A stretch of DNA of 64,000 bases, from NCBI GenBank assembly GCA_963669175.1, contig OY769902.1, forward strand, positions 2,976,001-3,040,000, written 5' to 3'. The DNA is from a bacterium. GTDB lineage: Bacteria; Electryoneota; Electryoneia; Electryoneales; Electryoneaceae. The notes under the pieces were generated by a model, which ran no database searches, was not told the origin of the DNA, and saw nothing but the letters and a program-made list of their open reading frames with translations. Position numbers and translations under genes: made by a program. Position 1 is the first letter of the stretch; each line of letters starts with the position of its first letter. This document shows positions 41,437 to 50,786 of this stretch, in pieces.

Positions 41437-41565
41437 GAAAGCGTGCAATCGAAAGCGTGCGATCAGGGAGCGTGCAATCGGAAGCATGCAATCAGGGAGC
41501 GTGCAATCGAAAGCGTGCAATCGAAAGCGTGCAATCAGGGAGCGTGCAATCGAACGAGTGCAATC
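41437..41565 (+). repeat. Tandem array, 9 x 14-15 bp
   Basis: GAAAGCGTGCAATC / AGGGAGCGTGCAATC units. Confidence 0.9.
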
Positions 41566-41671
41566 AGGAAGAAGCAGACTCTGGATAAGACAAATGTCCA
41601 GTGCCAGAAAGAAGCTGCCGCCAACCTGAAACGGTAAAGGCATTCGGGAACGACTATACAAGCGAGAATAC

Positions 41672-42925
41672 ATGAATCGGCTATTTCAAAAATTTATCCT
41701 TTTGACCTTGTCGGCTGGGATGCTGTGGGTGACGTCGGGATGTGCTTCAAAGGCGCTGCTTACCGATACCTATGCACCTGATGATGTAAGAATAACTCAA
41801 GTTCAACTTGAGAATTCGGAATCATTGAATCCTACTATCCTGTTAATGGGCGATTCGCAACCGTCATGGCGTGTCATCGAGAAATTCTATAAGAAGGAAA
41901 ACGTAGCTACCTGGTGGCAGCTTGCCGTTCCTTTTTACCAGGTTTACTGGATTGGCAACGGAATCATCGGTGGTATCAATTACCTGCGTTTTTATCCTGA
42001 TGCCGGGCATCAGGAACGGGTGAAACTCAGGACTGCGTTGGAAGACGCGATTCAATCCGATCACCCCGACGCCATTTTGCATGTGGGAGATATGGCCGGT
42101 TCGGATGGGCGTTATGCTGAGCATTGGGATTATTTTCTGGATGATTTCTGGTTCGACCACAAGTTATTCCGTGAAATCCCGGTACTGACCACAATCGGCA
42201 ATCACGAGTGGGCCAACGACACCACATTCGGTTTCCCAAATTATGAAGCCGTTACCGGGACCGAGCGATTTTATACAGTTGAGTTCCGTGATGCTGTGCT
42301 GATCGTAATGGATTCCAATTTCCTCGTGGATCAGTGGGGATTGATTCCGGATGATGAACAGGACGCCCTGTTCAATGAATGGTTCGTGTCTGAACCTGGC
42401 GAGGAAGCGTCCTGGCTTGAAAAGCAGCTTGACACCTATAAGGACAAGGCATTTAAAATCATCTCAATGCACCATCCACCGGTTACGTTCGGTTGGCATG
42501 AAAAGGATTGGTACAAAGAGAACAATGGGCGCGAACTGGTCAGCAAACGTCGTCGTTTCCTGGATACTATCCGGCAGGGGGGAGTGCAGCTCATCCTTTC
42601 CGGACATGAGCATATTTATGAACATGTGGAAGTCCATTTCGATAGCGATGACGATACTGCCGAACCGTTGCATATTGCCGTAGTCACTGGCGGTACAATG
42701 ACCAGACAACCGCCGGGCGAAAACGCAATCGCTGAGATGCAGCAGAAATATGATGAACTCTCAGGGCTGAATGCTGAACCTGTACTGATTACGGATAAAT
42801 CACATTATGGGATTCTTGAAATTACGGATGAGAAAATGACTGTTCGTGTATTGGAAGTAAAAGACGATGGCGCTGTAGTGGAGATGGAATCATTCAGTAT
42901 CAAATCACCGGGAAGTCAGAAGTAA
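41672..42925 (+). CDS. Metallophosphoesterase lipoprotein (purple acid phosphatase-like)
   Basis: Lipobox TSGC; GDSQ, VGD, GNHE, HHPP, GHEH. Confidence 0.85.
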   Translation: MNRLFQKFILLTLSAGMLWVTSGCASKALLTDTYAPDDVRITQVQLENSESLNPTILLMGDSQPSWRVIEKFYKKENVATWWQLAVPFYQVYWIGNGIIGGINYLRFYPDAGHQERVKLRTALEDAIQSDHPDAILHVGDMAGSDGRYAEHWDYFLDDFWFDHKLFREIPVLTTIGNHEWANDTTFGFPNYEAVTGTERFYTVEFRDAVLIVMDSNFLVDQWGLIPDDEQDALFNEWFVSEPGEEASWLEKQLDTYKDKAFKIISMHHPPVTFGWHEKDWYKENNGRELVSKRRRFLDTIRQGGVQLILSGHEHIYEHVEVHFDSDDDTAEPLHIAVVTGGTMTRQPPGENAIAEMQQKYDELSGLNAEPVLITDKSHYGILEITDEKMTVRVLEVKDDGAVVEMESFSIKSPGSQK

Positions 42926-42943
42926 CAACCGGGAGAGCGGGAG

Positions 42944-44281
42944 ATGTCGAACCCATTGGTGAAATCGTTTATGGACATTCGCAGGAACGAGTGGCCACTG
43001 GCGTTGTCCATGTTTGGTTATTTCTTCCTCGTGATTACCAGCTTCTGGATTCTGAAACCGATCAAGAAATCACTGTTCCTTCAATATTATGATGCTTCCG
43101 GTCTGGATCTCTGGACGTGGCATCTGGGCGCGGCGCAGGCGGAACTGCTGGCCAAGGTCATGAACATGATTGTCGCGTTTGTGGCTGTCGTTGTTTTCAC
43201 CTGGCTGGTACGCAAATTCAGACGTCAGCAACTTACGTACATCTTCACCATCTTCTTTATGGTTGCCTATGTGTTGTACAGCCTGGTGATTTCGAAACAG
43301 GGCGATCTGATCGTCTGGAGTTTCTACCTGTTTGGTGATTTGTACAGCACCCTGATGGTCGCCACCTTTTTCGCTTTCCTGAACGATTCTGTCTCATCGC
43401 AGGCTGCCAAGCGTCTGTATGGTTTGATCGGGCTTGGCGGGGTGACCGGCGGTGTCTTTGGGACCATGTTTGTCCGGATCTGGATCAAGACACTTTCCAT
43501 TCCCGCATGGTTATGGATCTGTTTCGGGATTGCTGCGGTGATCGCGTTGCTGGCATGGGTCGCAGGGAGCATGGTAGATCGAATACGTGATGATGAACCG
43601 GTCAAACCAGCGCCAAAACCAATGAAAACAACACCTGAAAAGGATGGCAATCCAGCATTCGAAGGCGCCCTTCTGGTATTCAAGAATTCGTACCTGCTGG
43701 CTATCGTGGGTATTGTAGGATTATACGAAATCGTTTCCACGCTGATGGATTTTCAGTTCTCCGCTACCATCGTGCATTACCTGGACGGTGAGGCAATTGG
43801 ACAGCAGTTCTCTACGGTTTTTCTGATCACCAACATTACTTCCATGGTGGTACAGTTATTCCTGACCAGTTTCATTATGACCCGGCTTGGTCTGACCACT
43901 GCGCTGCTGGCGCTTCCCTTTGCCGTGATTCTTGGTTCATTTGGATTCCTGGCGTTTCCCGTGTTGTGGGTTGGCAGCTTCCTGAATACAGCGGACAATG
44001 GCTTCAGCTATTCCATCAACCAGTCTGCCAAGGAGACGCTGTACGTTCCCACAACCCGTGATGAGAAATACAAGGCGAAAGCGTTTATCGACATGTTTGT
44101 CCAACGCTTTGCCAAAGCGCTCGCGGTTGGGATCAGCCTGATCGTCACGACTGTGTTCACTTCCTTCGAATCGCTTCGCTGGCTTTCACTGGTCACACTG
44201 GCTGTCGCTGCCCTTTGGGTGTTCATCGCGTTTTATGCGGGGAAGAGGTTCAAAAACCTGTCCGGGGAAATGCACCAATAA
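42944..44281 (+). CDS. NTT/TLC-family nucleotide (ATP/ADP-type) translocase, MFS fold
   Basis: About 12 hydrophobic helices; ILKPIK, RLYGLIG, YSINQSAKETLYVP, KYKAKAFID..QRF. Confidence 0.8.
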   Translation: MSNPLVKSFMDIRRNEWPLALSMFGYFFLVITSFWILKPIKKSLFLQYYDASGLDLWTWHLGAAQAELLAKVMNMIVAFVAVVVFTWLVRKFRRQQLTYIFTIFFMVAYVLYSLVISKQGDLIVWSFYLFGDLYSTLMVATFFAFLNDSVSSQAAKRLYGLIGLGGVTGGVFGTMFVRIWIKTLSIPAWLWICFGIAAVIALLAWVAGSMVDRIRDDEPVKPAPKPMKTTPEKDGNPAFEGALLVFKNSYLLAIVGIVGLYEIVSTLMDFQFSATIVHYLDGEAIGQQFSTVFLITNITSMVVQLFLTSFIMTRLGLTTALLALPFAVILGSFGFLAFPVLWVGSFLNTADNGFSYSINQSAKETLYVPTTRDEKYKAKAFIDMFVQRFAKALAVGISLIVTTVFTSFESLRWLSLVTLAVAALWVFIAFYAGKRFKNLSGEMHQ

Positions 44282-44337
44282 TTTATGGCGAAAAACTGTA
44301 TTGTGAGGAGCAGGGGATCTGTAATCCCAAGTTGGAA

Positions 44338-44581
44338 GCGAAAAATGGGACTGTTGCCTTTTCATGTTCACAAGTGCAGAACAGTTAAATCAATATAGGT
44401 GAAAAGGTAACTGTACCAGATTTTTCGCCTGCAGCAGGGAGGGATCCAGGCAGGAAAATGCAAGGACAGTCACGTTTTCGTAACATGTTTTTCGGAAATC
44501 AATATTCACGGGATTGAATCAAACATAGTCAACAAATTCTGGCATATCCTGAAGCGAAAAGAGTGACACTCCCCATTTTCC
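44338..44581. repeat. REP family A cassette (4 units), reversed relative to 6284-6530
   Basis: GCGAAAAATGGGACTGTTGCCTTTT ... AAAAGGTAACTGTACCAGATTTTTCGCC plus a second degenerate dyad. Confidence 0.75.
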
Positions 44582-44664
44582 ATACGAAACAGCGAGGCGT
44601 CTGAAAGGTTGACTCTTGAGGCGTCATGGATACTTGCATCCGTGAAAAAACTGCCCTACCATAG

Positions 44665-44682
44665 TGAATGAACATTCATTCA
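44665..44682. promoter_or_regulatory. Putative TetR operator
   Basis: TGAATGAACATTCATTCA palindrome upstream of tetR. Confidence 0.7.
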
Positions 44683-44702
44683 GGAAGAGAGGTATCAAAT
44701 AG

Positions 44703-45275
44703 ATGAGTCCGGTCAAGTCAGAAGAGAAACGGTTTCGCATTCTGGAAGCAGCGCTGAGGGTTTTCAGTGATAAGGGGTACTATGGCAGCTCCATTCCCAG
44801 CATTGCCAAAGAGGCCGAAGTGGCTACAGGGACCATCTACGTTTACTTCAAGGACAAGCAGGCGCTGGCGAATGAACTCTATCTGTATTTGCGCGACATC
44901 TTTCGTCAGCATGTGAAACTGGGGGATGACAGGATGACCCCCCGGGAACGATTCCATACTTTATGGCAAAGTTATATTCATTTTGGACTTAGCCACAGGA
45001 TGGAACTTGAGTTTATTGAAGATCATCATCATGCGCCATACCTTGAAAAGGAAACCCAGAAGGCTGCGTTTGAGTTTCTGAATGACTATAGTAAATTCCT
45101 TGAAAACCTGGTAAAGGCTGGCGCTGTGAAGAATGAATCCCTGTTCCTTTTGCTGGGCATGATGGAAGGAATGGCGTTGGGTTTGCTGCATATCATCTGG
45201 CATGAGCATTTGGAACCCACGGAAGAAAACATCGCCAAGGCGGAGCAGATGGCATGGGAGGCAATTCGGATCTAG
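44703..45275 (+). CDS. TetR/AcrR family regulator
   Basis: IAKEAEVATGTIYVYFKDK HTH. Confidence 0.92.
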   Translation: MSPVKSEEKRFRILEAALRVFSDKGYYGSSIPSIAKEAEVATGTIYVYFKDKQALANELYLYLRDIFRQHVKLGDDRMTPRERFHTLWQSYIHFGLSHRMELEFIEDHHHAPYLEKETQKAAFEFLNDYSKFLENLVKAGAVKNESLFLLLGMMEGMALGLLHIIWHEHLEPTEENIAKAEQMAWEAIRI

Positions 45276-45302
45276 AGATATCGTGATTTTTTTTTACACA
45301 AT

Positions 45303-45318
45303 GAATGAATATTCATTC
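45303..45318. promoter_or_regulatory. Second copy of the TetR operator
   Basis: GAATGAATATTCATTC perfect palindrome upstream of the methyltransferase. Confidence 0.7.
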
Positions 45319-45372
45319 TTTAAGATGGGTGGAACACAACACAAAAACACAAAGAGAGAGTAGAGGTATACC

Positions 45373-45975
45373 ATGCAGAGCACAGAGACGAAAAACAGGA
45401 CAAAGCAGGATCAGCAGGAAAGGTCAGAACATATCTGTCCGCCAGGTGTGGCCAGGATGTTGAACAGTCCACTTCGGACCATGTTCGAAAATCCCATGAG
45501 GATTCTGAAACCAATTGTCAAGCAGGGAGATGTTACGGTGGATCTGGGGTGTGGTGGTGGAGTGTTCTCCGCGGCGCTGGCAAGGCTGGTTGGGAAGGAT
45601 GGAAAGGTATATGCTGTGGATGTCCAACCGGAGATGCTGGAACTCACACATGGTTTCCTGGCCAGACGCAGACTCGCAGAACGTGTAACACTTCACCGGT
45701 GTGAAGGCAGGGACTTGAAACTGGATGACGTGCAGGCCGATGTTGTACTGGCGGTTCATATGGTCCATGAAACACCTAACCCGGAAGGTTTGGTGAAGCA
45801 GATTGCCATGTTATTGAAAGACGGTGGAAAACTCCTGGTGCTGGAACCAAAGATGCACGTGAGTGAAGAGCTTTTTCAGGAGACCCTGGCATTTGCACAG
45901 AAGCATGGGTTGGTCAAGGTGAAAGATTTGAATACGCTTATGGGCAGAGGGGCATTGTTTCAGAAACGTAAGTGA
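45373..45975 (+). CDS. Class I SAM-dependent methyltransferase
   Basis: VDLGCGGG, VYAVDVQPEML, LKDGGKL. Confidence 0.9.
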   Translation: MQSTETKNRTKQDQQERSEHICPPGVARMLNSPLRTMFENPMRILKPIVKQGDVTVDLGCGGGVFSAALARLVGKDGKVYAVDVQPEMLELTHGFLARRRLAERVTLHRCEGRDLKLDDVQADVVLAVHMVHETPNPEGLVKQIAMLLKDGGKLLVLEPKMHVSEELFQETLAFAQKHGLVKVKDLNTLMGRGALFQKRK

Positions 45976-46000
45976 AGTACATCCAGGCTATGTTGAGTAT

Positions 46001-46048
46001 TGGCTACTGCGCACTGGTTTGTCCCGTGCAAGTGCAGTGGCCATTTTT
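46001..46048 (+). terminator. Intrinsic terminator
   Basis: TGGCTACTGCGCAC / GTGCAAGTGCAGTGGCCA stem plus T-tract. Confidence 0.55.
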
Positions 46049-46228
46049 CTCTTTCATAGGGAGGGATGAAGTTGGCCCTTTCCGGGAACCGCGTGGTATC
46101 TGAATACTTGCATTCCCACTGGTATTGAAAGCAGAATTGTTCTAAACTGACTATTCAGCCAAAGGGATCCATTTATACGGACGCTTCCAGAGAGGCGTTT
46201 TTCAGAGAAACAGTGAAATAATCGTATT

Positions 46229-46252
46229 AAACCTGTTCCATGGTGGAACGTC
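46229..46252 (+). promoter_or_regulatory. ECF-type promoter, likely autoregulatory
   Basis: AAAC-N16-CGTC upstream of the ECF sigma gene. Confidence 0.5.
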
Positions 46253-46305
46253 CAACGATGTGAGAACCTGATCGTAGAGGGAGCTAACAGCGTTCGGAAA
46301 GCACC

Positions 46306-46968
46306 ATGCAGACAGGATTGGCCCTGAACACAGATGGACTAGCAGTGGACGACGCTCAGACACGTAGAAAAAACTATGTGCCGAACGACGCTGTCGCAGC
46401 AGCAGAGGTACTCACGGACGAATCCGATGCGGAATGGTTCGAGCTGCTGGAACAGGATCGTGAACGTGCGTTTGTGCTTTTAGTTGAACGGTACAGGACC
46501 GAGATCTTTGATTTATGTGTAAGGATAAGTGGCAACAGGAGCGAAGCGGAAGACCTGACCCAGGAAACATTCATCAAGGCGTACCAGAATTTAGGGTCAT
46601 TTCGACGTGATGCAAGGATGCGCACCTGGTTGTATCGAATCGCGATTAATCGTTCGATCAGTTTTACACGACGGCTAAAGCGGTGGCGGATGCAACGTGG
46701 AAACGATGAGGAGATTTTTCCGGAACTGCCTGAACTGGCCAATCCTTCGGCTGAGCAGGAGACGGAATGGAAAGATCTGGCAGAAAAAGCGCATGAAGCA
46801 TTGCATGAACTTTCACCCCGTCAGCGTACGGCTGTTATTTTACGGGTGTTGAAAGAGATGACCTACGAGGATGTGGCAGCAGCGATGGGCACATCAGTTG
46901 GTGGTGCAAAAGCCAATGTTTTCCAAGGGTTAAAGAAGCTTCGGGCCACGTTGGAGGAGCAATCATGA
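46306..46968 (+). CDS. ECF RNA polymerase sigma factor
   Basis: AEDLTQETFIKAY, TWLYRIAIN, LSPRQR...TYEDVA. Confidence 0.93.
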   Translation: MQTGLALNTDGLAVDDAQTRRKNYVPNDAVAAAEVLTDESDAEWFELLEQDRERAFVLLVERYRTEIFDLCVRISGNRSEAEDLTQETFIKAYQNLGSFRRDARMRTWLYRIAINRSISFTRRLKRWRMQRGNDEEIFPELPELANPSAEQETEWKDLAEKAHEALHELSPRQRTAVILRVLKEMTYEDVAAAMGTSVGGAKANVFQGLKKLRATLEEQS

Positions 46969-47465
46969 GTGAAGAGTTTAACAACCGCGAGTTTGATATT
47001 TATAAGCAGGTCGGTTTTCAACCACCTGCTGACGATGAGTTCGCAAGCCGTGTTCGTGGTATTGCGATCAAGCGCAGAAAACAGGCGCAAGTTCGGAATA
47101 CCGTCGGCGCAACCGTCATGACCATGATATTGATTTCAGGTATCTACCTTGGGGCAAACTGGATGGACCCCCAGGGAAGAGGTCAGGTTACCCCGGATAT
47201 GTTTGCAGATCTTGAAAATCAGTCCTTGATTACCCATACTACCAGTGAGCTGGCGCAGACTGATATCGATCTTGAAGAGCTGACAGTATTGACCCTGATG
47301 GACGAGGATACAACAACCTCATATGATGATTTTTATAACCTTTTCGCTGGGACAGAGAGTTCTGATGATCCAGTCGAAACATTAACCGGTCTTGACGATC
47401 AGAGTCTCGAAGAAGCGCTTCAATGGCTTGAAGACACTGAAATTGAACTATGTCCACAGTGTTGA
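46965..47465 (+). CDS. Putative anti-sigma factor (single transmembrane helix)
   Basis: ATGA overlap with sigma gene; basic patch, one TM helix, acidic C-terminus. Confidence 0.6.
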   Translation: MSEEFNNREFDIYKQVGFQPPADDEFASRVRGIAIKRRKQAQVRNTVGATVMTMILISGIYLGANWMDPQGRGQVTPDMFADLENQSLITHTTSELAQTDIDLEELTVLTLMDEDTTTSYDDFYNLFAGTESSDDPVETLTGLDDQSLEEALQWLEDTEIELCPQC

Positions 47466-47489
47466 CAGGATTTTGAGGAGGATAGAGAG

Positions 47490-48020
47490 ATGAGAAAACG
47501 TAACGGGATTATTGCCGGGTTTCTGGTTTTGCTGGTAGCCGGACTGGCCTTCAGTCAGCCCATGCCGCCGATGAATGATGGACCCCGACGTCAGCAGGTG
47601 CGTGAGCGGGTTCGAGAGATAAAAATGCTCAAGCTCATGGAAGTGCTTCAGTTGAGCGAGGACCAATCTGCACGGTTCTTCCCACGGTATCGTGACGCAG
47701 AAGACAAGATTGATGCCCTCAATGACGAGATGGAAGAAGTGCTGAACGAACTCAGTGAAGCATCAATTGACAATAGCAAGAAGGATATTGATGCTTTAAT
47801 CGAACGGTATTCGGCTTTGGTAAAGCAGCAAGTCGATGTTCAGCTTGAGTTGGTTACTTCAGTAGCAGACATCCTGTCGGCGAAGCAGCGTGCCGGTCTG
47901 ATCGTATTTGAAAGGCGATTCCAGAATCGTTTGCGGGATTTGAAGCATGAATGGGGAGGAGATGTTCCTCCGCCAGGACGTCACCGCAGAGGTGGTGGTG
48001 GACCTTCCTGGGATGAATAA
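47490..48020 (+). CDS. Spy/CpxP-like periplasmic helical protein
   Basis: Signal peptide, LQLSEDQ and ILSAKQ (LTxxQ-like) motifs. Confidence 0.7.
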   Translation: MRKRNGIIAGFLVLLVAGLAFSQPMPPMNDGPRRQQVRERVREIKMLKLMEVLQLSEDQSARFFPRYRDAEDKIDALNDEMEEVLNELSEASIDNSKKDIDALIERYSALVKQQVDVQLELVTSVADILSAKQRAGLIVFERRFQNRLRDLKHEWGGDVPPPGRHRRGGGGPSWDE

Positions 48021-48066
48021 TGGCGCAATACGAGCCACCATAATGGAATTCCAGGCAAGAGTGTTT

Positions 48067-48100
48067 AAAATCCGGTTGTCACGCAACCGGATTTTTTTTT
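48067..48100 (+). terminator. Intrinsic terminator
   Basis: AAAATCCGGTTG / CAACCGGATTTT plus long T-run. Confidence 0.85.
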
Positions 48101-48188
48101 AAGATTTTACGAATCCAATTTCATCATAGCAGGGAGCAGGTTATTTTTACAACTGATCTTTCACTGACCCTTAAAGTGAGGTTCCGGG

Positions 48189-49331
48189 ATGCAGAAGAAA
48201 AAGACTGTGCTGATTCTTGGTGGATACGGGGAAACCGGCAAAAGATTGGCGAAACTGCTAGCTGGATGGTTAGGGATACATGTCAGGATTGGAGGTCGTA
48301 ATGAAGATAAAGCAATTGCACTGGCGAAATTGATCAATGCTGAACATACCAATGAAATGGCGCAAGGTGTTTTCCTTGATGCTGAGGAGCATGAATCCAT
48401 AAGGAAGGCGCTTCAGGGAGTTGATGCTTTCATACAGGCTGGTCCGGCGCTACCGGAGGGAATTGTCAGATCTGTCGCACTAGCAGTGATTCAGCAGGGA
48501 GTTGACTGGATGGATGTCCAGGTTGATCCCGGGCAGGCGCGTGTGCTGCGAGAATACGAAAAGGAGATTCTTGATAATAAGCTGTGTTTCTGTGTACAGG
48601 CCGGTTTTCATCCTGGCCTGCCCGCTGCAATGGTTCGCTGGATGGCAACAAAATTTGATAAACTTGAAGAAGCAACAACCTGGGGATTTCTGAATGACAA
48701 GGGCGGTTTGAAATATACCAGTGGTGTGGACGAGATTATCGAGATGTTCAGAGATTATACCGTAAAAGAATATATAAATGGGGAATGGTTGGAGTTTAAG
48801 CCAGATATGCGTTACAAATACCCCAGGCAGGAGTTGGGCTTCGGCACGGGTACTTCCATGTTTAGCCCGATGGATCTGGAGGAAATGCATGCTTTACCGG
48901 ATTTGATCCCAACATTACAACGAACCGGATTTTATGTGGGCGGTTGGGATTCCATGACCAACATGGCGATTGCGCCTGCAATCATGGTTGGTCAGAAAGT
49001 ATTGCCCATGATAAGTGATTCCAGGTGGGGAAAACTGCTGAGCTGGAGTACGCGCACGTTTCAGCATCCTCCGTTTGGAACAGTGCTACAGGTCAACGCC
49101 TTTGGCAGCAAAGATGGCCGGAAGATCGAGAAGCGAATGACCTTTAAAATGGATAGTGGTTATGACCTGACAGCAATCCCGATGGCCGCTACCCTGCGCC
49201 AGATGATAACGGGCGCTTCAAGACCTTCGGGCGTGCATTATATGGGCCACCTGGCAAACCCCGCAATGCTCTTCACTGATATGAAAAAACTTGGTGTTCA
49301 AACTGAGATGAAAAGTCGTATTTGGGACTGA
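48189..49331 (+). CDS. Saccharopine dehydrogenase-like oxidoreductase
   Basis: ILGGYGETG Rossmann motif, QAGP, AGFHPGL, GYDLTA. Confidence 0.82.
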   Translation: MQKKKTVLILGGYGETGKRLAKLLAGWLGIHVRIGGRNEDKAIALAKLINAEHTNEMAQGVFLDAEEHESIRKALQGVDAFIQAGPALPEGIVRSVALAVIQQGVDWMDVQVDPGQARVLREYEKEILDNKLCFCVQAGFHPGLPAAMVRWMATKFDKLEEATTWGFLNDKGGLKYTSGVDEIIEMFRDYTVKEYINGEWLEFKPDMRYKYPRQELGFGTGTSMFSPMDLEEMHALPDLIPTLQRTGFYVGGWDSMTNMAIAPAIMVGQKVLPMISDSRWGKLLSWSTRTFQHPPFGTVLQVNAFGSKDGRKIEKRMTFKMDSGYDLTAIPMAATLRQMITGASRPSGVHYMGHLANPAMLFTDMKKLGVQTEMKSRIWD

Positions 49332-49359
49332 GAAGAGACTGTCTACCGGAAAAATAAAC

Positions 49360-49382
49360 AAAGCCCTCACAAGGAGGGCTTT
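49360..49382. terminator. Bidirectional terminator
   Basis: AAAGCCCTC / GAGGGCTTT between convergent genes. Confidence 0.65.
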
Positions 49383-49486
49383 GCCAGATTTCGGCTTGCA
49401 CTTTGGCTTTCTTTTTCCCGGCACACACCTGGAACTCAAGTGATTCCTGATGCCGTATCGGAGAAAGCCAGCTTTAGCGGCTGATG

Positions 49487-50326
49487 CTACCCGATTAACC
49501 CCGCCACCATCTGAGGAATCATGTTCGCTTGTGCGAGCATGCTGATACCCGACTGGAACAGGATCTGTGACCGGACAAAGTTGCTCATCTCGGCAGCAAT
49601 GTCAGCATCACGAATGGTTGATTCAGATGCAGTCAGATTTTCTGAACTGATCTTCAGGTTCAACAGTGTGTTCTGCAACCGTTCGACATAGGATCCGACA
49701 CGAGTCCGTTCAGTGTCCTTGGTGTCGATAGCGCTGTCAATCGAACCAATGGTCTGCTGCGCGGAAAGCGTGTTCAGCAGGTTGGTGCCATTCAGGCCCA
49801 ACGCACTGGAACGCATGTCGCCAAGATTGATGTAATAGTAGTCATTGTTACGGACGTTGTACGTACCAATGTGGAACTTGATGCCGGTGGTGCCGGAGCT
49901 GTAGTCCCCATTAATGAGGTAAAGTCCGTTGTAGTTGGTCGTGTTGGCGATACGATCGATCTCTGACTTGAGCTGTTGGAATTCAACATTCAGGTAAGTA
50001 CGATCAAGACTGGTCAACGCGCCGTTGGAAGCCTGGATAGCGAGCGCACGCATGCGGACCAGCTTCTCGTCAATGACGGACATGGCGCCTTCAGCCGTCG
50101 CCAACAGGTTGATGTTGTAGTTGGTATTCCGTTCTGCTTCCGCAGTGGAATCGATCTGTGCACGCATGCGTTCACTGACGGCCAGACCTGCCGGATCATC
50201 CCAGGCGTAGTTGATACGCAGACCGCTGGACAGACGGTTTACAGCCGTATCCAGATCGTTCTGGGTGGTCCAGATGTTTCTCTGCGCAGACAGAGAAAGG
50301 ATGTTGTGGTTAATGCGGGTACTCAT
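49487..50326 (-). CDS. fliC: Flagellin (minimal, 279 aa)
   Basis: RINHN, RLSSGLRIN..DDPAGLA, SESTIRDADIAAEM, MLAQAN. Confidence 0.93.
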   Translation of the reverse strand: MSTRINHNILSLSAQRNIWTTQNDLDTAVNRLSSGLRINYAWDDPAGLAVSERMRAQIDSTAEAERNTNYNINLLATAEGAMSVIDEKLVRMRALAIQASNGALTSLDRTYLNVEFQQLKSEIDRIANTTNYNGLYLINGDYSSGTTGIKFHIGTYNVRNNDYYYINLGDMRSSALGLNGTNLLNTLSAQQTIGSIDSAIDTKDTERTRVGSYVERLQNTLLNLKISSENLTASESTIRDADIAAEMSNFVRSQILFQSGISMLAQANMIPQMVAGLIG

Positions 50327-50591
50327 GAGTAACCTCCTTGTTCCGTGGACAGGTGGTTGAGACGGTTAACCATATCCTGTCCGCCCCTGTGAGACGTTTG
50401 TGTTCATCAGAGGTGCAGATGCCTCATCCGAACATGAGCAGGGACTGGGGAATGAGAAGGACTGTCAAATCCCTAGGGTGGAATTCACCTCTATGGGCCT
50501 GTCGGTTATGTGCGTGAGCGTCGCACGGACAGGGAGCAGGTCGGAGCTGGGGGTAGCGGAGCTTCGAAAGACATTTGCCTTTCACTATTCA

Positions 50592-50619
50592 TTATCGGGA
50601 TCACTGCCTGGAGACTTTA
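50592..50619 (-). promoter_or_regulatory. Sigma28 (FliA/SigD)-type promoter
   Basis: Minus strand TAAA-N16-CCCGATAA about 270 bp upstream of fliC. Confidence 0.6.
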
Positions 50620-50786
50620 ACAATCTTGCTGTGACCTCTGGAGGAAATCTAAGGATAACAGGTGTAAGTATTGTAAATAATAAGTATAACACTATTAACT
50701 TGACGAGAGAACTTTCGAGTGGGAGCGATAGGTTTTCGGTGACAAAGGGTTGAATACTTAAAGAAGCGCTGAAGGTTTGCGGTTTG

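Noticed and set aside
40883-41565. Possible CRISPR array
   Set aside because: Units are 14-19 bp, directly abutting, with no unique spacers and no cas genes in the window
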